The notes below the pieces were generated by a model. The model was given only the letters and a program-made list of their open reading frames with translations. It searched no databases and was not told the DNA's origin. The translations under genes were made by a program, and so were the position numbers. Of a DNA stretch of 64,000 nucleotides, positions 42,078-49,869 are shown piece by piece. The DNA is from Lachnospiraceae bacterium (lineage in GTDB: Bacteria > Bacillota_I > Bacilli_A > RFN20 > CAG-826): positions 42,051-106,050 of the forward strand of contig CAVKZO010000001.1 in the NCBI GenBank assembly GCA_963661135.1. The letters run 5' to 3'. Within the stretch, counting starts at the first letter, position 1. Every line of letters starts with the position of its first letter.

Positions 42078-42496
42078 TCTTTGACCTCCAAAAATATATT
42101 TATATTTTATTCTTTTTTATAGGCTTAATAAAGAGAAAATTTAGTGTAAAAAAAGTTTTCCACAATAAAAAAAATAAAAAAACGTCGATATAATCGATAT
42201 ATTTAATTTTTCCACAATTTTATATTGTTAATAAGTTCTAGTAAAATGTTGAAAAGTTTTTGCTCTGTTTAAAAGTTAATATCTTTTAACAAAACAATAG
42301 ATATTAACAGTTAGTTAATATTGTTATAATCAAATGTTTTTTATGTTTTCAACATTTAAAAAAATAATAATTAACAATAAGTTGAAAAAAATATTTTTTA
42401 ATTACCAATGTAGCAAGTCTAAAAATTTAAAATATTTGACTTATATGTATAAATACATATATAATTTAAAGGCAACAAAATGGAGGATTATATATT
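42078..42496. other. Putative chromosomal origin of replication (oriC): AT-rich unwinding region plus DnaA boxes
   Basis: Two TTTTCCACA boxes (42156-42164, 42207-42215) and a TTTTCAACA variant (42347-42355). A long AT tract (AAAAATATATTTATATTTTATTCTTTTTTAT) is adjacent to dnaA. Canonical rpmH / dnaA divergent context. Confidence 0.6.
42437..42466 (+). promoter_or_regulatory. Putative sigma-A promoter for rpmH-rnpA-yidC operon
   Basis: TTGACT-18 nt-TATAAT about 30 nt upstream of rpmH ATG. RBS GGAGGAT. Confidence 0.4.
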
Positions 42497-42646
42497 ATGG
42501 CAAGCAAAAAAACTTATCAACCAAGTAAGTGTCACAAATTTAGAACACATGGTTTTAGAGCAAGAATGGCTTCTAGTCACGGAAGAAAAGTCTTAGCTTT
42601 AAGAAGAGCAAAAGGAAGAAAATCATTAACTGTTAGTGATAGATGA
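42497..42646 (+). CDS. rpmH: 50S ribosomal protein L34
   Basis: [49 protein letters not shown]. Ends in TGA overlapping the rnpA ATG (ATGA). Too short for the ORF track. Confidence 0.9.
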   Translation: MASKKTYQPSKCHKFRTHGFRARMASSHGRKVLALRRAKGRKSLTVSDR

Positions 42647-42981
42647 AAAAACGTTTTGTAATTAAAAAATATAGGGAATATCAATTAATAATTAAAAAAA
42701 GAAACTATAAAAAATCTGATAATTTTAATATTTATTATCAAAAAAACGATTTTGGTTTTAGTAGAGTTGGTCTATTAGTTAGTAAAAAGAACGGAAATGC
42801 TGTTATTAGAAACAAAATAAAAAGACAAGTTAGAAGTATTGTTGATGAAACATTAAATTACAAAGAAGGAATTGATTTTGTAATTGGTATTTCAAAAAAA
42901 TACGATATAGAAAAATTTAATGAAAATAAAATTGAACTTATCAGATTAATAGGCTCTATAAAAGGAGAAAATAATGAATAA
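42643..42981 (+). CDS. rnpA: Ribonuclease P protein component
   Basis: …[28 protein letters not shown]… RnpA RNR-like motif. 112 aa. Confidence 0.9.
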   Translation: MKKRFVIKKYREYQLIIKKRNYKKSDNFNIYYQKNDFGFSRVGLLVSKKNGNAVIRNKIKRQVRSIVDETLNYKEGIDFVIGISKKYDIEKFNENKIELIRLIGSIKGENNE

Positions 42982-44824
42982 AAAAACAAAAATTACTTTA
43001 GGAGTTGGAGCATTAGTTGTATTTGCTGGTGTTTTATCTTCTTGCAATTCTTTTTGTAGCAATACTGATGTAACTCATTATTTATATGCTTATGACCCTT
43101 TAAACAATATTTATTTTAATTCAAAAGATGACGCTATCGATTATATCGAACAAACTTTTAAAGAACAATCATCTTACGATAAGGAAAATAGTACTTATGA
43201 TGCAGGTAAGGTCTATTTTAAAAATGATGATACAAAAAACTTAAAAGATAACGAAAGTGATTTTATTAAACAAGTTGATGGATCTTCATTATATTATGTT
43301 GTTCCAAATAACTATGTTTTAAAAGGATGTTCCACTGCTGTCGATTCAACAACAGGAAATCGAGGAAACATCGAATATATTTTTGGTTTAAATTCTTTTA
43401 CAAAGTCTTTATATTCTGAAAATTCTTCAACAGGTATTATTTTACCTGCTTTTTCGTATGTAGAAGAATTAGATAAGAAAGTTTTAAAAAATATTGTTGA
43501 AAATGTCTCTTTATATTCAAATTTTGGATATGAAGCTCATATAGATTTAAACAGTGTTAAAAATATCACATTATCTACTGTTACTTTTGAAGATCTTTAT
43601 GGTTATTCATATAGCGAATTAAAAGCATATAGAAAAGGTGATGAAAGCGTTAAATTAGATGATTTATTAGGTAATAATTCAACATCACAAGGAAGAGTTG
43701 ATAAAGATGGCAATAAAATTAGAGTTGGAGGAAGAAATTATTCTTTAACCACTAATTTAGGTTACTTAAAATTCTTTAATAAAGATGATCAAGGTAATTA
43801 TTATGCAAATCTTGAAAAATGGAACAATGAATTAGTCTCTTCATTAGGTGTTGAAAAGACGATGTCATCAAATTATTTAAATGCATATAAAACGAAATTA
43901 AATCAAAAAGTTAGCGCATTAAAAACTTGTATTACTATTAATCAAGGATTTTACGGACATACAAGTGATGATCCATTAAATGATACAGTTAGCATTGAAG
44001 GAAAAGCTGGAAACTTCTGGAGCGATTGGGGAAATGCATTTAGCCAACATGGTTTCTTAGAAGGTCTTCTTGTTTATCCAATTTCTTATTTAGTTGATTA
44101 TTTTGCTCATTCGTTTGGAATGAATGGTTGGGGACAAATTTTATCTGTTTTACTTGTAACAGTTATTGTTAGATTATTATTTATGGCAATTACATTACCA
44201 TCTACAATTTCTCAACAAAAACAACAATATTTACAACCTGAATTAACAAAGTTACAACAAAAATATCCAAATAGTAATACAAATGACTATGAAAAACAAA
44301 GATTAGCACAAGCTCAAATGGCGCTTTATAAAAAATATAAAGTACATCCATTCTTATCTTTCTTAACAATATTCATCCAATTACCATTATTTATTTGTGT
44401 TTGGAACGCAATGCAAGGTTGTGCTGCTTTAAGTAGCGATGCTGTTTTAGGATTAAGATTGAGCGACACTATTTGGAATGTTCTTTCTAATTTTAGTGGT
44501 TGGCCAGGAAATGCTGGTTGGTGGACTGCACTTGTTCTTATTTTATTAATGTCAGCAGGACAAGTTTTATCGATGTTAATTCCACAATGGCTAAATAAGA
44601 AGAGAATGAAATCAATTCAAAAAACTGGTGTTAATCCAGCTTTAGATAAGCAAACAAAGACTATGAAATATGTCCAATGGGGTATGATTATATTTACAAT
44701 TATACTTGGATTCACACTTCCTAGTGCTATGGGTGTTTATTGGTTAGCAGGTTCAATATTTAATATTGTTCAATCATTAATAATGCATTTAATATTTTCA
44801 AAGAAAAAAGGAGTCAATAAATAA
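42974..44824 (+). CDS. yidC: YidC/Oxa1-family membrane insertase with a ~350-aa N-terminal extracytoplasmic lipoprotein domain
   Basis: Lipobox LSSC. C-terminal 5-TM YidC core (…LLVYPISYLVDYF…HPFLSFLTIFIQLPLFICVWNAM…). 616 aa versus ~260-300 aa typical for Gram-positive YidC. Confidence 0.85.
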   Translation: MNKKTKITLGVGALVVFAGVLSSCNSFCSNTDVTHYLYAYDPLNNIYFNSKDDAIDYIEQTFKEQSSYDKENSTYDAGKVYFKNDDTKNLKDNESDFIKQVDGSSLYYVVPNNYVLKGCSTAVDSTTGNRGNIEYIFGLNSFTKSLYSENSSTGIILPAFSYVEELDKKVLKNIVENVSLYSNFGYEAHIDLNSVKNITLSTVTFEDLYGYSYSELKAYRKGDESVKLDDLLGNNSTSQGRVDKDGNKIRVGGRNYSLTTNLGYLKFFNKDDQGNYYANLEKWNNELVSSLGVEKTMSSNYLNAYKTKLNQKVSALKTCITINQGFYGHTSDDPLNDTVSIEGKAGNFWSDWGNAFSQHGFLEGLLVYPISYLVDYFAHSFGMNGWGQILSVLLVTVIVRLLFMAITLPSTISQQKQQYLQPELTKLQQKYPNSNTNDYEKQRLAQAQMALYKKYKVHPFLSFLTIFIQLPLFICVWNAMQGCAALSSDAVLGLRLSDTIWNVLSNFSGWPGNAGWWTALVLILLMSAGQVLSMLIPQWLNKKRMKSIQKTGVNPALDKQTKTMKYVQWGMIIFTIILGFTLPSAMGVYWLAGSIFNIVQSLIMHLIFSKKKGVNK

Positions 44825-44827
44825 TAT

Positions 44828-45481
44828 ATGAAAGAAATTACTGGAAAAACAGTTGAAGATTGTTTAGAAAAAGCTTCAATAGAACTCGGTGTTGATAAAG
44901 ATTCAATTACATACGAAGTTATCGAAGAAAAGAAAGGAATTCTTGGATTTAATAAGAAAGCTACAGTTAAAATTGTAGAACTTATCGATGTTGTTGATTT
45001 TGCTGAAGAATATCTTAAAAATGTATGTGCAGCTTTAGGATTAGAAGTAAGTTTAAAATCATTTACTAGAGATGATGTAATTAAAATTTTAATTGAAACA
45101 AATAACAATTCAGTTCTTATTGGTAAAAACGGTTCAAAATTACAATCTTTAAATGAATTAACAAAATTAGCGGTTAGTTCAAAATTTAAGAAAAAGTTTA
45201 GAATTTTATTAGATATCGGTGATTATAAAGATAAAAAATACCATAAAGTCATCGGCGTTGCTAAAAGAGCTGCTAAAGAAGTATTAAAAACACATATTGA
45301 TGTTAAATTAGATCCAATGACACCAGATGAAAGAAAGAAAGTTCATAATGCTTTAAGCAGTTATAAAAACATTAAAACTGAATCAATCGGCGATGGAAAA
45401 GATAGAGCAATCGTAATTAAATATGTTGCTACCTCTACTACTTCTTCTTTAGAAAACGAAGAAGAAACAAAAGAAAACTAA
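44828..45481 (+). CDS. khpB: Jag/KhpB RNA-binding protein (KH + R3H domains)
   Basis: Conserved position after yidC. KH-like and R3H segments (…IGKNGSKLQSLNELTKL…). 217 aa. Confidence 0.85.
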   Translation: MKEITGKTVEDCLEKASIELGVDKDSITYEVIEEKKGILGFNKKATVKIVELIDVVDFAEEYLKNVCAALGLEVSLKSFTRDDVIKILIETNNNSVLIGKNGSKLQSLNELTKLAVSSKFKKKFRILLDIGDYKDKKYHKVIGVAKRAAKEVLKTHIDVKLDPMTPDERKKVHNALSSYKNIKTESIGDGKDRAIVIKYVATSTTSSLENEEETKEN

Positions 45482-45489
45482 TTAATATT

Positions 45490-46809
45490 ATGTTTGAAAC
45501 AATTGTCGCGTTAGCTACGCCACCTATTAAAAGTGCACTTGCAATTGTACGTTTAAGTGGAGACAATTGTTTTTTTGTAGTTAATAAATTTTTCTCTAAA
45601 GATTTATTTAAATATGAAAAAAATACAATTTTACATGGAAAAATTGTTGAAAATGGAGAAACTGTCGATGATGTTGTTTTGCTTTTGTACAAAGAACCAC
45701 ACTCATTTACCGGTGAAAATAGTGTCGAAATAATTACCCATGGGTCTCCTTTAATTTTTAATAAAGTCATTGAATTAGCTATTAAAAATGGTGCAAGGAT
45801 GGCTGAGAGAGGAGAATATACCTCAAGGGCTTATTTACATAATAAATTAGATTTAATTCAAGCTGAATCGGTTAATGATTTAATTAACGCTGAAAGCGAA
45901 GAAAGTAAGAAATTATCTTTAATGTCTTTACAAGGCAAAACATCATCCTTAATCGAACCAATTAAGAAAGATTTTATTGATTTACTCAGTAATATTGAAG
46001 TAAATATTGATTACCCAGAATATAAAGATATTGAAGTTATTAATAGTCAAAAGATTTTAGAAATATCTAAGAAGAACCTTAATTATATAGATGAATTAAT
46101 TAGAGATGGTAAAAAAGGAAAAATTATTAAAGATGGTATTAATATTGCTTTAGTTGGTAAACCTAATGTAGGTAAATCATCAATATTAAACGCTTTAATT
46201 GGAGAAGACAAAGCTATTGTTACTGATATAAAAGGTACAACTAGAGATGTTGTGGAAGGTAAATTTATATATAAAGGTGTAGTTATTAATATTTTTGATA
46301 CAGCTGGTATAAGAGAGTCTTATGATTTAATTGAAAGTATTGGCATTAAAAAATCTAAAAATAAAATTGAAGATTCTGATTTAGTTATTATGATAAAAGA
46401 TCCTTTAAATATAGATTCAGAAGATGAAGAAATTGAAAATTTAATTAAAGATAAAAATCATATAATTGTTTACAACAAAAGTGATTTAATTTCTAATTTT
46501 GATAAAGGTAAACTTTATGTTTCTGCTAAAAATAGCGATATTGAAGCATTAAAAAATGAAATAATCAATAAATTCGGATTAGAAACTAAAAACTTTAATA
46601 ATCCTTCAATAAATAATGCTAGAGAAATTGGTATTTTAGAATCTGTTAAATTAGATATAAACGATTTAATTTTAAATATAGATTTACCGGTAGATCTATT
46701 AGCAAGCAAGATTAAAGAAATTATAAATAAACTTCTTTCAATTACTGGAGAAGATTGTGACTTTGATATTATGAAAGAAATCTTTTCTAGATTTTGCGTT
46801 GGGAAATAA
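45490..46809 (+). CDS. mnmE: tRNA modification GTPase MnmE
   Basis: G-domain GKPNVGKSSILNAL, DTAGIRE, NKSD. C-terminal CVGK. Confidence 0.95.
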   Translation: MFETIVALATPPIKSALAIVRLSGDNCFFVVNKFFSKDLFKYEKNTILHGKIVENGETVDDVVLLLYKEPHSFTGENSVEIITHGSPLIFNKVIELAIKNGARMAERGEYTSRAYLHNKLDLIQAESVNDLINAESEESKKLSLMSLQGKTSSLIEPIKKDFIDLLSNIEVNIDYPEYKDIEVINSQKILEISKKNLNYIDELIRDGKKGKIIKDGINIALVGKPNVGKSSILNALIGEDKAIVTDIKGTTRDVVEGKFIYKGVVINIFDTAGIRESYDLIESIGIKKSKNKIEDSDLVIMIKDPLNIDSEDEEIENLIKDKNHIIVYNKSDLISNFDKGKLYVSAKNSDIEALKNEIINKFGLETKNFNNPSINNAREIGILESVKLDINDLILNIDLPVDLLASKIKEIINKLLSITGEDCDFDIMKEIFSRFCVGK

Positions 46810-46810
46810 T

Positions 46811-47602
46811 ATGATTTTTGATACTCATATACATTTAAATGATGAAAAATATGAAGATGTAGAATCTTTAATTTGTAATGCTTATAAAAAAGGTGTTACT
46901 AGATTTTTGTGTATTGGTTACGATTTAAAAAGTAGTCAAAAAGCAATTGAATTAGCAGAAAAATATGATTGTGTGTATGCTAGTGTTGGAATTATTCCTA
47001 CTGAACATAAACAGTATAACGAAACAAGTATTATTGAGTTAGAAAAGTTAATTAAAAAATCTAATAAAATCATTTGTGTTGGTGAGATAGGATTAGATTA
47101 TTATTGGGAAAAAGAAGACGAAATTAAAGAAACTCAAAAGAAAATGTTTATTGAGCAAATTAATTTAGCGAATAAATATAATTTACCTATTTCAATTCAT
47201 GCCAGAGATTCCTTAAGTGATACATTAGAGATTTTAAAAAAATATAATGTAAATAAAAAAGGAATTATGCACTGCTATTCTGGTTCTTTAGAGATGGCTA
47301 AAGAATTTATTAAATTAGGGTATAAAATTGCTTTTGGTGGCGTTTTAACTTTTAAGAATTCAATTAAAACAAAAGAGGTATTATTAGGTATTAATATTAA
47401 AGATGTAGTTTTTGAAACCGATGCACCATATTTATCACCAACTCCTTATAGAGGTAAAATTAATTTTCCTGAATATATTGTTGAAACAGTTAAATTCGCG
47501 GCAAATTTATTAAATATGAGTCAAGAAGAACTAGAAAAAATAACTTTTAATAATTCTTTTAAAATTTTACACGTGGAAAATTATGAAGAAGAATCTAAAT
47601 AA
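46811..47602 (+). CDS. tatD: TatD-family metal-dependent deoxyribonuclease
   Basis: MIFDTHIHLN…GEIGLDYY…HARDS… TatD motifs. ATG at 46811 just after the mnmE stop. Confidence 0.9.
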   Translation: MIFDTHIHLNDEKYEDVESLICNAYKKGVTRFLCIGYDLKSSQKAIELAEKYDCVYASVGIIPTEHKQYNETSIIELEKLIKKSNKIICVGEIGLDYYWEKEDEIKETQKKMFIEQINLANKYNLPISIHARDSLSDTLEILKKYNVNKKGIMHCYSGSLEMAKEFIKLGYKIAFGGVLTFKNSIKTKEVLLGINIKDVVFETDAPYLSPTPYRGKINFPEYIVETVKFAANLLNMSQEELEKITFNNSFKILHVENYEEESK

Positions 47603-48140
47603 ATATTTAATTGTTGTAGAAGGTAAAACTGATATAGATTTTTTATCTAGTTTTATTGATAGTAATTTTTATAGTGTTAATGGATCGGCTGTTAATAATA
47701 AAGATATCAATTTTATTAAAAATAGCTATGACAAAGGATTATCAATTATTATTTTAACTGATCCTGATTATCCAGGAGGAAAAATAAGAAATTATATAAA
47801 TTCTTCTAATATTCCTTGTTATAATGCTTATGTAAGAAAAGAGTTTTCTATAAAACATGGTAAAGTTGGAGTTGCTGAATCTACAAAAAACGAAGTGTTA
47901 GATGCATTAAATAATTTAAAATGTTATGAAAATAATACAGAAATTAATAAAGAAAACATCACAATTAATGATCTAATTAAATTGGATTTAGTAGGTAAAA
48001 ACAATTCAAATTATTTAAGGAATAAAGTTGCGGAATATTTACATATTGGTCATTGTAATTCTAAACAATTTATAAAAAGAACTAATATGTTAAATATGAA
48101 ATTAGATGATATAAAGGAGGCTTTAAAGAATGTTAGATAG
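47583..48140 (+). CDS. rnmV: Ribonuclease M5 (5S rRNA maturase, TOPRIM)
   Basis: YLIVVEGKTDIDFL…IIILTDPDYPGGKIR TOPRIM motifs. 185 aa. Confidence 0.85.
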   Translation: MKKNLNKYLIVVEGKTDIDFLSSFIDSNFYSVNGSAVNNKDINFIKNSYDKGLSIIILTDPDYPGGKIRNYINSSNIPCYNAYVRKEFSIKHGKVGVAESTKNEVLDALNNLKCYENNTEINKENITINDLIKLDLVGKNNSNYLRNKVAEYLHIGHCNSKQFIKRTNMLNMKLDDIKEALKNVR

Positions 48141-48951
48141 TAAGGAAATCATAGACTTTTTTAAGTTAGAAAATAGTCATGCAAAAAAAGAATTAGGTCA
48201 AAATTTCTTAATTAATAAAAAAGTTTGTGAAAATATTGTCTCTTTATTGCCTATTGATAATAACGATAAAGTTTTAGAAATAGGACCAGGATTAGGTGCA
48301 TTAAGTGATATTTTAATTAGCAAAACAAAGGATTTAACGTTAGTTGAATATGATGCGAAATTTGTTAATTTTTTAACTCTTTCATATGAAAATAAAGCAA
48401 ATGTAAAAATAATTAAAAACAATATTTTAAAAGTAAATGACGAGGGATTTAATAAGGTTATTGGTAATTTACCTTATTATATGACAACTGAAATTCTTCA
48501 ATATATAACTTTTAAGTTTGAAAAATTTGAATATGGTGTCTTCATGGTTCAAAAAGAATGTATAAAAAGAATTTTATCATTATCTGGAAAAGATTATTCT
48601 GCATTTAATATCTTTTTAAATTATGGTTTTGATGTTAAATGTGTTTTTGATGTAGGAAAGAATAATTTCTTCCCAGTTCCTGGTGTTGATTCGACAGTAT
48701 TCACGTTAAAGAAAAAAGAAAATATTGACATTAATTTTGCTAAAAAAATATATAAAGTTGCTTCTTCTTTATTTATAAATAGAAGAAAGACTATATTAAA
48801 TAATTTAAATGCTTTTATAAAAAATAAAGAGGTATCATTAGATATATTAAATATTGCTAGTCTAAAAGAAAATTATAGAGCTGAACAATTAACTGTTGAA
48901 GATTATATAAAGTTAACTAATATATTAATAGATAAAAGCTTAATTAAGTGA
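48130..48951 (+). CDS. rsmA: 16S rRNA (adenine1518/1519-N6)-dimethyltransferase
   Basis: LGQNFLINKKV…VLEIGPGLGALS SAM-binding motif. 273 aa. Confidence 0.92.
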   Translation: MLDSKEIIDFFKLENSHAKKELGQNFLINKKVCENIVSLLPIDNNDKVLEIGPGLGALSDILISKTKDLTLVEYDAKFVNFLTLSYENKANVKIIKNNILKVNDEGFNKVIGNLPYYMTTEILQYITFKFEKFEYGVFMVQKECIKRILSLSGKDYSAFNIFLNYGFDVKCVFDVGKNNFFPVPGVDSTVFTLKKKENIDINFAKKIYKVASSLFINRRKTILNNLNAFIKNKEVSLDILNIASLKENYRAEQLTVEDYIKLTNILIDKSLIK

Positions 48952-48960
48952 GGATAAAAT

Positions 48961-49809
48961 ATGATTGAGAAAGCATATGCTAAAATAAATTTATATTTAG
49001 ATGTTTATTCAAAAAGGGAAGATGATTACCATAATTTAAAAATGATTATGTTACCTTTAAAGTTACATGATTCTTTAGAAATTAATTTGTTAAACAATGC
49101 AGTTGATGATTTTGTTACTTGTGATGATTTTTCTTTAACAATTAATAAGTATAATTTATGTCATAAAACTATTGATTTAGCTAGGGAAAAATGGGGATTT
49201 AAAGAACATTTTAGAATTCATATTCATAAAAATATTTTTCTTCAAGCTGGATTAGGTGGAGGAAGTGCAGATGCTGCTGCTACTTTAAGGGGCATTGTTA
49301 AATTATTAAAAATAAATGTAAAAGATGAGGAATTGATTGAAATTGCTAGTCAAATTGGGTCTGATGTGCCTTGGGCAATCGATAACAAACCATGTATTGT
49401 TGAATCTAAAGGTGAAATTTTGAAACCTTTTCAAATTCAAAAAAAATATTTTGTTTTATTGGTTAAACCTAAACAAGGTTTATCAACTCAGGTTGTTTTT
49501 CATAAATGTGATGAATTAGGTTATGAATATAAAGATAGAATTGATTTGGTAAAACAAAATTTAATTAATGGAGACTTAAAAGAATTAGGAAATAACGTAT
49601 TTAATGGCCTAGAAAATTCAGCAATATCTTTATTACCAGAGATAAAAATAATTAAAGAAAAATTAAAGGAAGATGGTATGGAAGTTGTTCAAATGAGTGG
49701 AGCTGGATCAACAGTATTTGCTTTAAGTGATGATTTGAAAAAGTGTAAAAAATTATTAATTAAATATATGAATGAAGGATATGATGTTGAATTAACAAGT
49801 TTGTTATAA
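48961..49809 (+). CDS. ispE: 4-diphosphocytidyl-2-C-methyl-D-erythritol kinase (MEP pathway)
   Basis: AYAKINLYLDV… GHMP kinase motif GLGGGSADAAA. 282 aa. Confidence 0.9.
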   Translation: MIEKAYAKINLYLDVYSKREDDYHNLKMIMLPLKLHDSLEINLLNNAVDDFVTCDDFSLTINKYNLCHKTIDLAREKWGFKEHFRIHIHKNIFLQAGLGGGSADAAATLRGIVKLLKINVKDEELIEIASQIGSDVPWAIDNKPCIVESKGEILKPFQIQKKYFVLLVKPKQGLSTQVVFHKCDELGYEYKDRIDLVKQNLINGDLKELGNNVFNGLENSAISLLPEIKIIKEKLKEDGMEVVQMSGAGSTVFALSDDLKKCKKLLIKYMNEGYDVELTSLL

Positions 49810-49823
49810 ATATTAAAAAAATA

Positions 49824-49855
49824 AAAAAGAGCTACGATTTCGTAGCTCTTTTATT
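49824..49855. terminator. Bidirectional rho-independent terminator (ispE / ppdK)
   Basis: AAAGAGCTACGA-TT-TCGTAGCTCTTT 12-bp stem flanked by A/T runs. Confidence 0.6.
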
Positions 49856-49869
49856 ATTCATGAATCTAA

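Noticed and set aside
42334-42528. 64-aa ORF in the oriC / rpmH promoter region
   Set aside because: Covers DnaA-box and promoter DNA and overlaps the genuine rpmH in another frame.
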